From an uncultured Clostridia bacterium (GTDB lineage: Bacteria > Bacillota > Clostridia > Christensenellales > CAG-138): 64,000 bases of DNA. Shown here piece after piece: positions 34,214-43,144 of this stretch. The translations under genes and the position numbers were made by a program. The number at the start of each line of letters is the position of its first letter. The first letter of the stretch is position 1. Location of the stretch: the NCBI GenBank assembly GCA_937900325.1, contig CALCEX010000070.1, positions 15,122 through 79,121 on the forward strand, given 5' to 3'. The notes under the pieces are model-generated. The model had not been told where the DNA came from. It worked only from the letters and a program-made list of their open reading frames with translations, and searched no databases.

Positions 34214-35437
34214 TTAGTTTATGCCCTGAACGGCCACGAACTTCCACTCGCCGGTGGCGGTGTCAACTTCCTTTACGAAGGCGGAGTCGCGGATGGCGTC
34301 GCCGTTTTCATCAAAGGCGATCGCGCCGGTAACGCCCTCATAGGTGGTGGTGGGCAGAGCCTTGAGCACGTCGGCGGGGTTGGTGGAGCCGGCGTTCTTG
34401 AGCGCCTCGAGGGCGGTGAAGTACGCGTCATAGCCCATGGCGGTCACGGCGGAGATCATGTCGTTGCCGCCGTTGTTGGCCTTGGCGGTAGCGTCGCTGT
34501 TGATCCACTCCTTGATGCCGGATACGAAGGTCTTTGCGGCTTCGCTCTCTGCGCCCTCATCGAAGAAGGTGGTTACGCAGACCTTTACGTTCTTGCCCTT
34601 GGCGGCGTTGGTTATGACGTTGGAATCCCAGGTATCGCCGGCGAGGATAGGCATGGTCATGCCGTTGCCCGCAGCCTGGTCGATGATCAGAGCGGCAGCC
34701 TCGGTGGATACGGGAGAGAAGAATACCTCAGCGCCGCTGTTCTGCGCGGTGGTGATGTAGGAGGTAAAGTCGGAGTTGCCCTCGGGGAAGGTCTCTTCGA
34801 TCACTTCGCCGCCGAGAGCCTTGAAGGCCTCTACGAAGTAATGGCACAGGCCGCCGGAGTAATCGTCGCCCAGCTTGGAGAGGCAGTACGCCTTCTTCGC
34901 GCCGAATTCCTTGCTTGCAAAGTTTGCAAGAACGGTGCCCTGGAAGGGATCGAGGAAGCAGATGCGGAAGTAGCAGTCAACGCCGTTGGTTACCTGGGGG
35001 TTGGTGCAGGTAATGCCTATCGCGGGGATGCCCGCCTTGTTGAATACGTCGCCCGCGGCGATGGATACGCCGGAGCCATAGGAGCCGAGAACCACGGATA
35101 CGTTCTGGGAAACGAGGTTGGCGGCCGCGGTGGGGGCCTTGTCGTTGGAGCTCTCGTTATCCACGATGACCAGCTCTACGTTGTAGGTCTCGCCGCCTAT
35201 TTCGACGGTGGGCTGTACCTTGTTGGCATACTGAACGCCAAGGGTCTCCTGCTTGCCGCCTGCGCCGTTGTCTCCGGAAGCGGGCTCGAATACGCCGATC
35301 TTTACGACCTTTTCGCCGTCTGCGGCAGCGGCTGCCTCGGTATTCTCAGCGGGGGCTTCTGCCGCGGGCTGGGAAGAACAGGCTGCTGCGGAAAGCGCCA
35401 GCACTGCAACGAGGAGCAGGGCTATGAACTTCTTCAT
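34214..35437 (-). CDS. livK: Branched-chain amino acid ABC transporter substrate-binding lipoprotein
   Basis: ORF 34214..35452. ATG 35437 is preceded by GGAGGA. Signal peptide plus lipobox LSAAAC, then a type I periplasmic binding fold. Confidence 0.85.
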   Translation of the reverse strand: MKKFIALLLVAVLALSAAACSSQPAAEAPAENTEAAAAADGEKVVKIGVFEPASGDNGAGGKQETLGVQYANKVQPTVEIGGETYNVELVIVDNESSNDKAPTAAANLVSQNVSVVLGSYGSGVSIAAGDVFNKAGIPAIGITCTNPQVTNGVDCYFRICFLDPFQGTVLANFASKEFGAKKAYCLSKLGDDYSGGLCHYFVEAFKALGGEVIEETFPEGNSDFTSYITTAQNSGAEVFFSPVSTEAAALIIDQAAGNGMTMPILAGDTWDSNVITNAAKGKNVKVCVTTFFDEGAESEAAKTFVSGIKEWINSDATAKANNGGNDMISAVTAMGYDAYFTALEALKNAGSTNPADVLKALPTTTYEGVTGAIAFDENGDAIRDSAFVKEVDTATGEWKFVAVQGIN

Positions 35438-35530
35438 GTTTTTTTCCTCCATTTATATTTCTTTTTGTTTATGGCATATATGGTAAACATATGCCTGAAC
35501 CATCGGCTTTTTTACCGACGGTACAAAACG

Positions 35531-35559
35531 ATTATAAGGTAATGCCGGGTCTTTTTCAA
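35531..35559 (-). promoter_or_regulatory. Sigma-A promoter of the liv operon
   Basis: On the - strand: TTGAAA, a 17-nt spacer, then TATAAT (consensus-like). Confidence 0.6.
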
Positions 35560-35870
35560 GATAAAAAGTTTGCTGTTTAGAAACAAATGTCCGCGCTCCG
35601 CGGACGGCAGTAGTTTATATCAGATCGTAAAGAAAATAAAAAATTTTTTGTTTTTATATGTCCTTGAAGCACGGACATATGTTTTTGCCTGATCGATTAC
35701 TAATAAGTTTTCTCAATGCCTTAATATTACTACATAAATTCTGCTTTTGCAATACTTTTGACAAATATATTAAGTTCAGCCTTCCTTTTTAAGTCCGTAA
35801 TAAGCGGACAGGAAAGAGATTTTTGAGTGTTTTTCGCTGTAAAAGATTTTTTTGCGGTAAAAAGCCGGTA

Positions 35871-35911
35871 AATAAAACAGGAAGCGGCCACCCCGAGGTG
35901 AGCCGCTTCCC
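35871..35911 (-). terminator. Intrinsic terminator after the AGCS symporter gene
   Basis: On the - strand: GGAAGCGGC-ucaccucggggug-GCCGCUUCC followed by UGUUUUAUUU. Confidence 0.75.
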
Positions 35912-35953
35912 TGATGGAAACGAATTGTGCTTCTGTTGTTATTACTTCTGTTA

Positions 35954-37357
35954 TTACTTCGCGTTGTTCTCGCCGAGGCGCACGCCGTTGAAGTATTCGC
36001 GGCAGAGCTTGACGACGATGGGAGACAGAGCCAGCAGACCAACAAGGTTGGGCAGAGCCATAAGGCCGTTGAGGGTGTCCGCTATATCCCAAACGAGGGA
36101 GAGCTCGGTAACGGCGCCCAGAACGATGATCAGGCAGAAGATGACCTGATAGGGCTTTATGACCTTGGTGGTGTTGAACAGGAACTCGGCGCAGCGGGTT
36201 CCGTACAGGCACCAGGAAAGTATGGTAGAGGTAGCGAAGAGGGTAAGACCGACGGAGATTATGATGCCGCCGACCCTGCCGAAGGTGGTGGAGAACGCCG
36301 CGATGGTGAGGGGCGCGCCGGCAGCCTGGCCGTACTCGATGGGAGTGCCGGACATAAGCACGGCGAAAGCGGTAAGGGTGCAGATAACGATGGTATCAGC
36401 GAACACCTCGAACACGCCGAAGCAGCCCTGACGAACGGCGGAATCGGTATCCGCGGCAGCATGAGCTATAGGAGCGGAGCCGAGACCGGCCTCGTTGGAG
36501 AATACGCCGCGTCCTACGCCGCGCTTGATAGCGGCGGAGATGGTCACGCCGGCAACGCCGCCGACAACAGCGGAGGGATTAAAGGCGCCAACGAAGATGC
36601 TGCGCAGAACGCTTCCGATATTGCCGATATGGGCAAAGAAGATTATAAGGGCGGAAACGATGTAGATAACTGCCATGAAGGGAACCAGCTTTTCGGTGAC
36701 CTGGCCTATACGCTTAAGGCCGCCGAGGAGCACCAGCGCGCAGAACGCCGCAACGATTATGCCAATGATAAGGTTGGCGGTGTTGACGTTGATGGGAGTG
36801 TAGCTGTTGATGGTGCCGGAGATGGAGGTAACGATGGAGTTGATCTGGGTCATGTTACCTATGCCGAAGGCAGCCAGCATTCCGAAGAGTGAGAACAATC
36901 CGCCGAGCCATTTCCAGTTCTTGCCGAGGCCCTTGCTTATGTAGTACATGGGGCCGCCTACCCAGTCGCCCTTGTCGTTGCGCTCGCGGAAATGGATGGC
37001 CAGGGTAACTTCAGCAAACTTGGTGCACATTCCGAACAGGGCGGAGATCCACATCCAGAATACTGCGCCGGGGCCGCCGAGGGCTATCGCGCCGGTAACG
37101 CCGGCGATGTTGCCGGTGCCAACGGTAGCTGCCAGAGCGGTACAAACGGCCTGGAAGGGAGTTACGGCGCCCTCGCCCGCTTCCTTCTTTTCGAAGATCT
37201 TGCCGATGGTGTTCTTCATTATGTAGCCGAACCACCTGAACTGTACCCAACCGCAGCGGATAGTGTAATACACGCCTGTGCCTACCAGAAGGATCAGGCA
37301 GGGCCAGCCCCATACGATGCCGTTAAGGAAGGAGTTTACTTTTACGATAAGTTCCAT
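35954..37357 (-). CDS. Alanine/glycine:cation symporter (AGCS family)
   Basis: 467 aa, about 11 TM. AGCS signature region (TPFQAVCTALAATVGTGNIAGV). Confidence 0.88.
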   Translation of the reverse strand: MELIVKVNSFLNGIVWGWPCLILLVGTGVYYTIRCGWVQFRWFGYIMKNTIGKIFEKKEAGEGAVTPFQAVCTALAATVGTGNIAGVTGAIALGGPGAVFWMWISALFGMCTKFAEVTLAIHFRERNDKGDWVGGPMYYISKGLGKNWKWLGGLFSLFGMLAAFGIGNMTQINSIVTSISGTINSYTPINVNTANLIIGIIVAAFCALVLLGGLKRIGQVTEKLVPFMAVIYIVSALIIFFAHIGNIGSVLRSIFVGAFNPSAVVGGVAGVTISAAIKRGVGRGVFSNEAGLGSAPIAHAAADTDSAVRQGCFGVFEVFADTIVICTLTAFAVLMSGTPIEYGQAAGAPLTIAAFSTTFGRVGGIIISVGLTLFATSTILSWCLYGTRCAEFLFNTTKVIKPYQVIFCLIIVLGAVTELSLVWDIADTLNGLMALPNLVGLLALSPIVVKLCREYFNGVRLGENNAK

Positions 37358-37481
37358 CAGAATTAGTCCTTTCTTATTTTATTTGAAAATATGTGGTAGA
37401 TACGTTTTTCCTGCAAGATAATTGGCTTTTAAATTCAAAAGCCATTTAGGCGATGTAAATAAAGCTTCTATTCACGCTAAG

Positions 37482-37510
37482 ATTTTAGCATGACATATCC
37501 AAATAGTCAA
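37482..37510 (-). promoter_or_regulatory. Sigma-A promoter of the symporter gene
   Basis: On the - strand: TTGACT, a 17-nt spacer, then TAAAAT with an extended -10 TG (TGCTAAAAT). Confidence 0.6.
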
Positions 37511-37570
37511 TATATTTCTTCACATTTTGTACATATATTATTGCGAAAAAATCCTTATTTTGTCGGTTTT

Positions 37571-38001
37571 TTATCAACAATAGGGTCCGTGCGCAATATA
37601 TTAGGCTCCGTTAATCGTTTAACATCAATATTTAGTTTTTTTAACTATTTATCAACCTGTGACGGGTAATGGAGACGCCGCTTCATATCCATGGGAAAAA
37701 GCGCAGACCGTGCATATCCGGCGCGGCCCCTGACCACAAAAGCGTTGACAAGCCGCGTTGATACGGCGTTGATAAAATGTTGACCGGCACAGGCCGCGCT
37801 TTTCCGCTCCCTTTCGGGCGCGGGCGGGGCGAAAAATAATTTATAAAGCGTTGATAACATGTGTTGACATCGTGTTGATAAGGGGTTGAAAAAGGCGCGC
37901 CGTTGAAAGCGTTGATAAGGCGGGTCTTTTCCAACGCTCCGCCAACTGCTTATCAATATTGGTTTTGCAGGCGTTATCCGGGTTTTTTGGGGTTTTCAAC
38001 G
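37571..38001. promoter_or_regulatory. Cluster of 14 DnaA-box-like 9-mers (consensus TTATCAACG/A), including two phased head-to-tail arrays
   Basis: The boxes are listed in the findings. The arrays at 37743-37786 and 37849-37892 have identical 13-11-11 bp start-to-start spacing. No credible ORF lies in 37358-38084. Confidence 0.55.
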
Positions 38002-38053
38002 GTGCTGACACGCCTATTACGAATACTACTGTATACATATATAATGATAAGAA

Positions 38054-38078
38054 TAAAAAAAGCGGCCTAAGGCCGCCC
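38054..38078 (-). terminator. Intrinsic terminator after the GNAT gene
   Basis: On the - strand: GCGGCC-uua-GGCCGC followed by UUUUUUU. Confidence 0.75.
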
Positions 38079-38084
38079 CTGACG

Positions 38085-38573
38085 CTATGACCGCAGATAA
38101 TCATAGGCTATACGCTCGGTGCCGTTACGCATATATACGATCCCGCATTCTTTGAAGCCGAATCTTTCTATCGCGGAGCGCATTGAAAGATTGTCCCTGT
38201 GGGTATCTATGCGGATATAATCCATCTTACCGAGGCAGTATTCAAAGCAGACCCTCGAAATACCCGGTGCTATGCCTGCCGACGCCAGGCGATGGATGGT
38301 GCCGTAGGGCCTGTCGTAATGCCAATGGCCGTTTTTTATGACCTGATAGTTTGGCTCCTCTCCTATAATAAAAGTAAAGATACCCGCTATCGCGCCGTTA
38401 TCGGTGATAAGATAGCTGTCGCCGTTCCTGATATCGGATACTATCGTCTCCTCCCCCGGATAACCCTTTATCCATTGCGTCGCATTTCCGTGGCTGGCCA
38501 TATACTGCCTTGCGGAGGCTATTATCCTCATTATGTCATCGACATCATTCATGGTGCTTTTTCTGATATTCAT
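38085..38573 (-). CDS. GNAT family N-acetyltransferase
   Basis: 162 aa, with GNAT-like size and motif pattern (RIDTHRDNLSMRSAIERFGF). Confidence 0.75.
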   Translation of the reverse strand: MNIRKSTMNDVDDIMRIIASARQYMASHGNATQWIKGYPGEETIVSDIRNGDSYLITDNGAIAGIFTFIIGEEPNYQVIKNGHWHYDRPYGTIHRLASAGIAPGISRVCFEYCLGKMDYIRIDTHRDNLSMRSAIERFGFKECGIVYMRNGTERIAYDYLRS

Positions 38574-38601
38574 TTACTGTATCCTTTCAAAATATATAAA
38601 T

Positions 38602-39081
38602 TTATTTATGATAAGGCTCGTTGTTCATGATCTTGAAGCAGCGGTATATCTGCTCGAGGAGCATTATGCGGAATATCTGGTGCGAGAAGGTGGGCTTTCC
38701 GAAGCACAGCCGAAGGTCCGCCCTTCGCAGCACCTCGGGGGAAAGGCCGAGGGATCCGCCTATTACGAAGGTTATTTTGCTGCCGCCGGAGTTCATTATC
38801 CCCTGAAGCCGGGACGCCATCTCAGGGGAGGTCAGCTGCTCCCCCTTAAGATCCATGGCAATGAGATATTCGCCCGGGGCGGCCTTTGAAAGTATCCTCT
38901 CCCCCTCCGCGCGCCTGACCTGCTCCATCTCGGCGGGCGAAAGCTGCTCCGGCGCCCTTTCGTCGGCCACCTCTATTATGCTTACCTCCGCAAAGCGGGA
39001 TATGCGCTTTCTGAACTCGGCGCAGGCCTCGGCATAGAATCTCTCCTTCAGCCTGCCTACGCATATGAGCTTTACATTCAT
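38602..39081 (-). CDS. rlmH: 23S rRNA (pseudouridine1915-N3)-methyltransferase RlmH
   Basis: 159 aa. SPOUT/RlmH (MNVKLICVGRLKE...GGSLGL...SFGKPTFSHQ). Confidence 0.9.
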   Translation of the reverse strand: MNVKLICVGRLKERFYAEACAEFRKRISRFAEVSIIEVADERAPEQLSPAEMEQVRRAEGERILSKAAPGEYLIAMDLKGEQLTSPEMASRLQGIMNSGGSKITFVIGGSLGLSPEVLRRADLRLCFGKPTFSHQIFRIMLLEQIYRCFKIMNNEPYHK

Positions 39082-39866
39082 AGCTCAAACCTCCCGGTGA
39101 TCCTGTCCCTGTGGGCCACGGCAAGGGAAAGCTCCGACTCAGGAATATCCTGGGCCAGAAGCTCCGAGCGTACCGTTTCAAGGGCGAGGCTTTCGAAATT
39201 GTTGTCCCGGCTGAGATGGCCGAGAATGGCCCTGCGCACGCCGGAGGAATAAAGACCGCACAGCGCGCGGCCGCAGCCCGCGTTGGAAAGATGCCCGACG
39301 TCTGAAAGTATGCGCCGCTTGGTGGGATAGGGATAGCGGCAGGAGCTTACCAGCTCCTCATCGTGGTTTGATTCTATAAGAATTATGCCGGACCCTGCCG
39401 CGCAGGATATAAGGCGGCTGTCAACATGGCCTATGTCGGTCATTACGGTGATCTTTTTCCCATCGCTCTCTGAAAAGGAATAGCCTACCGGCTCGGCGGC
39501 GTCATGTGGGGTGCGAAAGGGCAGCACCGATATGCCGCAGGCATAAAAATCACGCCCGCTCTCGAACACGCGGACGCACTTTGGCGGTATCTCCCCTATC
39601 AGCGGCTCCATGGCCTGCCAGGTTCCGGCGTTCGCGTATACGGGTATGCCGTAGCGCCTGCAGAGCACCCCTACTCCGGCTATATGGTCGGTATGCTCGT
39701 GAGTGATGAATATCGCGGATACGTCCTCTATCCTTTCCCCGGCAAGGGAAAGGGCCGCCGATATGGCGCGGGCGCTTTTGCCCGCGTCTACCATAAGAAG
39801 GCCGCCCGGGGCGCCTATAAGGGTGCAGTTTCCGGAGGAACCGCTGAACAATGGGGTCATAAACAT
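39078..39866 (-). CDS. MBL-fold metallo-hydrolase (WalJ/YycJ-like)
   Basis: 262 aa. HxHxDH motif (THEHTDH). Adjacent to rlmH, as yycJ is in Bacilli. Confidence 0.8.
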   Translation of the reverse strand: MFMTPLFSGSSGNCTLIGAPGGLLMVDAGKSARAISAALSLAGERIEDVSAIFITHEHTDHIAGVGVLCRRYGIPVYANAGTWQAMEPLIGEIPPKCVRVFESGRDFYACGISVLPFRTPHDAAEPVGYSFSESDGKKITVMTDIGHVDSRLISCAAGSGIILIESNHDEELVSSCRYPYPTKRRILSDVGHLSNAGCGRALCGLYSSGVRRAILGHLSRDNNFESLALETVRSELLAQDIPESELSLAVAHRDRITGRFEL

Positions 39867-39877
39867 ATTTTTTCTGA

Positions 39878-40429
39878 TCAGAGCCTGAACGCTATGCCGG
39901 CCGCGGCGGATACCGCGATGAATACTATGGGATGCAGCTTTTTGAGCCGCTTTATGTTGGTTGCGATAAGCAGCAGCGCGAACAGTATGAGATGCCGCAG
40001 GTCGATGCAGCCGAAAAGCGTGGTTCCGGAGAGGGCTATTATCATAACGGAATAGCAGGCCGCCGCAATAAGCCCCGTAGCGGCGGGACGGAGACCGCCG
40101 AAGGCGTCGTTTACATATATATTGTCCCTGAACTTATGAAGCGCCCTGGATATCGCAAGTATTACAATATAGCTGGGGAGCACAAGGCTCAGCGTGGCGA
40201 TTATCGCGCCCGGAATACCGGCCGCATTGTAGCCCGCAAAGGTAGCGGTGTTTACGCCGATGGGCCCCGGGGTGGACTCCGCCACGGCTATCATATCCGC
40301 AAGCTGCGCCTTCGTGAACCAGGTGTATTTATCCGTCATCGCGGAAAGAAAGGGTATGGTCGCGAGGCCGCCGCCTACGGCGAAAAGCCCGGTCTTGAAG
40401 AATTCATAAAAAAGCTGAAGGTATATCAT
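39878..40429 (-). CDS. Chromate transporter (short-chain CHR family), second half-size subunit
   Basis: 183 aa, hydrophobic. FKTGLFAVGGGLATIP is CHR-like. Overlaps the upstream partner by 4 nt. Confidence 0.75.
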   Translation of the reverse strand: MIYLQLFYEFFKTGLFAVGGGLATIPFLSAMTDKYTWFTKAQLADMIAVAESTPGPIGVNTATFAGYNAAGIPGAIIATLSLVLPSYIVILAISRALHKFRDNIYVNDAFGGLRPAATGLIAAACYSVMIIALSGTTLFGCIDLRHLILFALLLIATNIKRLKKLHPIVFIAVSAAAGIAFRL

Positions 40430-40983
40430 CTGCGCCTCCCGAAATATCCGTATGCTATGCCGGCCGCCCCCGCAGACAGCACTATTATGACGGGGGAAAG
40501 GTCAAACAGGATCGACGCGGCGCACGCTATCACGCATATTACCACGGAAACGGGCCGCCTGAGATTGCTTTTGACGAGCTTTATCACGGCGTTGAGTATC
40601 AGCACCGCGACGGCTACACGTATGCCGTTGAAGGCGTACCCCACGGCGGGAAGGCTCGCGAAGCTGGTGATAAGGGACGCTATTATGAGTATTATTATGA
40701 TGCTGGGGCATATGACGCCAAGGGTGGCTATGGCCGCGCCCAGGGCTCCCCTTTCCTTTGAGCCTATAAAGGTAGCGGTGTTTACGGCGATAACGCCGGG
40801 GGTGCATTGGGCGATTGCGAAATAATCCAGTATCTCATCCCGTGTAGCCCAATCGTGGCTTTCCACGCACTCCCTCTCAAGCATGGGCAGCATGGCGTAG
40901 CCGCCGCCGAAGGTAAAAAGGCCTATGCGGAAGAAGGAGGCGAAAAGGTCGAAATAAGTGGTTTTTTTATCTTTCATATCCAT
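40426..40983 (-). CDS. Chromate transporter (short-chain CHR family), first half-size subunit
   Basis: ORF 40426..41001 has a TTG start, so I used ATG 40983. FRIGLFTFGGGYAMLP is CHR-like. Confidence 0.75.
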   Translation of the reverse strand: MDMKDKKTTYFDLFASFFRIGLFTFGGGYAMLPMLERECVESHDWATRDEILDYFAIAQCTPGVIAVNTATFIGSKERGALGAAIATLGVICPSIIIILIIASLITSFASLPAVGYAFNGIRVAVAVLILNAVIKLVKSNLRRPVSVVICVIACAASILFDLSPVIIVLSAGAAGIAYGYFGRRR

Positions 40984-40990
40984 ATTGTTT

Positions 40991-41347
40991 TTAATCGGCA
41001 AAGTATTTCCTGAAAGTCCTTTCTATCTCAGTATCCACCTCTTTGCTGAAGGCGGTAAAATCCGAAAGTATCTGCTCGGCGTCCCGGGTAAGGCCCGCGC
41101 CGCCGCCCTTTGCGCCCCCGGTGCGGGTCAGCAGCAGCTTACAGCCCGCGAGCTCCTCGCTGCGCTTTATGATACGCCATGCCTTGGAATAGGCCATGCC
41201 TATCTCCTTTGCCGCCGAGGAAAGGGAGCCGGTGCGCTTTATGCCCTCCATAAGCATGGCTATGCCGGGGCCGAAGTATTTGCCGCCGTCCTTGCTGAGC
41301 CAAAGGGTATATACCGGCTTTATGCACTGGTAATTCACACAGCTCAC
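40991..41347 (-). CDS. Winged-helix DNA-binding protein (ModE N-terminal-like / LysR-HTH-like)
   Basis: 118 aa. GSLSSAAKEIGMAYSKAWRIIK...TGGAKGGGAGLT resembles the ModE N-domain. GTG start overlaps the parB stop (GTGA). Confidence 0.65.
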   Translation of the reverse strand: MSCVNYQCIKPVYTLWLSKDGGKYFGPGIAMLMEGIKRTGSLSSAAKEIGMAYSKAWRIIKRSEELAGCKLLLTRTGGAKGGGAGLTRDAEQILSDFTAFSKEVDTEIERTFRKYFAD

Positions 41348-42192
41348 TCCCTTATGAGAATATCGTATATGCCGTTCAGTTCGTCGCTCGAATAGTATTC
41401 GATAATGACCTTTCCCCTGCTCTGGCTGCCCTGTATGCTCACCCTTGTGCCGAGCCTGTCGCGGAGCCTGTCCTGAGCGAACCTGAGGTCGGTATCCACC
41501 GGCTGCTCCGGCTTTTTCTTCTCATGGGCGGGCTTTGTCATGGCCTTCGCGAGCCGCTCCGCCTCCCTTACGGATATGCCCCCCTCCGCTATCCTGTCGG
41601 CAAGCCGGAATTGCATGGGCTTTTCCGGCAGGCTGAGTATCACCTTTGCGTGGCCGGACTGGAGCCTGCCCTCCCTGAGGTACTGCTGTATCTCCTCGGG
41701 CAGGTTGAGAAGGCGCAGCGTGTTGGCTATGGACGGGCGGCTCTTCGCGAGGCGCTCCGCCACCTCCTCCTGGGTAAGGTCGTTCTGATCCATAAGGAAG
41801 CGTATGGCCGCGGCCTGCTCTATGGGGTTCAGGTCCTCACGCTGTATGTTTTCAATGAGGGCGACCTCCATCACCTCATAGTCGTTCATGTCCTTTATTA
41901 CTACCGGCACCTTGTTAAGGCCCGCTATGCGTGCGGCGCGGTAGCGGCGCTCTCCGGCTACTATGGTATACCTGTCTCCCGTCCTCCGCACGACGATGGG
42001 CTGTACTATGCCGTGGTTCTTTATTGAATTGGCCAGCTCATACAGCTTTTCCTTATCAAAACTCTTGCGCGGCTGGGATGAATTTGTGTCCAGAAGGTTT
42101 ACGTCTATCTCGATAACGCTTTCCTCCGGCGGCTGCTGATAATCCCCAAGCAGCGCGTCAAGCCCTTTTCCGAGTCCCTTTTTCAAAGCCAT
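41344..42192 (-). CDS. parB: Chromosome partitioning protein ParB (Spo0J)
   Basis: 282 aa. ParB box IVAGERRYRAA, an HTH, and a C-terminal dimerisation region. Downstream of parA. Confidence 0.93.
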   Translation of the reverse strand: MALKKGLGKGLDALLGDYQQPPEESVIEIDVNLLDTNSSQPRKSFDKEKLYELANSIKNHGIVQPIVVRRTGDRYTIVAGERRYRAARIAGLNKVPVVIKDMNDYEVMEVALIENIQREDLNPIEQAAAIRFLMDQNDLTQEEVAERLAKSRPSIANTLRLLNLPEEIQQYLREGRLQSGHAKVILSLPEKPMQFRLADRIAEGGISVREAERLAKAMTKPAHEKKKPEQPVDTDLRFAQDRLRDRLGTRVSIQGSQSRGKVIIEYYSSDELNGIYDILIRE

Positions 42193-42195
42193 GGA

Positions 42196-42960
42196 TCAAT
42201 TCTCCTTATCTATAAGCTCGTTGGCAAGCGCCCTGTACGCCTTGGCCCCTGAGCAGCGTGGATCGTAAAGCGTTATGGGAAGGCCGAAGCTCGGCGCCTC
42301 GCTGAGCCTTACGGAGCGAGGTATTATGGTATCGTAAACCTTGTTTTTAAAGAACTTCTTTACCTCGTTCACTACCTGACCCGAAAGGTTGGTCCGCGCA
42401 TCGAACATGGTGAGCACTACGCCCTCTACCTGAAGGTTCGTATTTAGCCGCTGCTTGACCAGCTTTACCGTGTTCATAAGGTCCGAAAGGCCCTCCAGGG
42501 CGAAATACTCGCACTGTATTGGGGCCAGCAGCGTGTCCGACGCGGTCAGGGCGTTTATCGTCAGCAGGCCAAGGCTGGGGGGGCAGTCTATAAATATGTA
42601 GTCATAGCTGTCCCGGACGGTATCCAGCACGCGCTTGAGAACGGTCTCGCGGGCTATGGCGCTGACCAGCTCCACCTCAGCGCCGGAAAGCTCCTTGCGG
42701 GCGGTGAGCACATCCAGCCCCTCCACTACGCTGCGCTCTATGGCCTCCCTCGGATCGACGCCGTTTATCAGCACGTCGTATATGCTGTACTGCACCGCGT
42801 CCTTATCTATGCCCAGGCCGCTGGTGCTGTTGCCCTGGGGGTCTATATCCACGCACAGCACCCGCTTGCCCTTCTGGGCCGCGCAGGCCGAAAGGTTGAC
42901 GGTGGTGGTGGTCTTGCCAACCCCGCCCTTCTGGTTAGCTACGGCGATTATTTTAGCCAT
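42196..42960 (-). CDS. parA: Chromosome partitioning ATPase ParA (Soj)
   Basis: 254 aa. Deviant Walker A NQKGGVGKTTT. Confidence 0.93.
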   Translation of the reverse strand: MAKIIAVANQKGGVGKTTTTVNLSACAAQKGKRVLCVDIDPQGNSTSGLGIDKDAVQYSIYDVLINGVDPREAIERSVVEGLDVLTARKELSGAEVELVSAIARETVLKRVLDTVRDSYDYIFIDCPPSLGLLTINALTASDTLLAPIQCEYFALEGLSDLMNTVKLVKQRLNTNLQVEGVVLTMFDARTNLSGQVVNEVKKFFKNKVYDTIIPRSVRLSEAPSFGLPITLYDPRCSGAKAYRALANELIDKEN

Positions 42961-43109
42961 ATATCCTCCTTATTTAGAAGCCGCATGACCGGCCCTTGAC
43001 CGTTTATGCGGGCTTTTTCGCGTAAATGACAGAGCCGGTGCAGGGCACGGCGCGAATTTTTACTTATTGATTATAATCCATTTAAATGGAATAAACAACA
43101 TCGGGTTGA

Positions 43110-43125
43110 TGTTCCACGTGGAACA
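43110..43125. promoter_or_regulatory. parS site (perfect 16-bp palindrome TGTTCCACGTGGAACA)
   Basis: Read directly. Matches the Firmicutes parS consensus TGTTNCACGTGAAACA at 15 of 16 positions and is perfectly palindromic. Confidence 0.85.
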
Positions 43126-43144
43126 AAAATAAAAAAAGGGAAAT

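Noticed and set aside
37743-37918. Possible CRISPR array or plasmid iteron/rep unit, suggested by regularly spaced short repeats.
   Set aside because: The repeat unit is only 9-11 bp with no spacers of CRISPR size. There are no cas genes, no rep gene and no mobile-element genes nearby.
37645-38104. Three overlapping ORFs (37645..37956, 37683..37934, 37841..38104) inside the large intergenic gap, with repeated STPYQ/LSTL-like peptide motifs.
   Set aside because: The peptide repeats are simply translations of the repeated CGTTGATAA DNA boxes. There is no RBS, the ORFs overlap each other in different frames, and the composition is atypical. I treat the region as non-coding.
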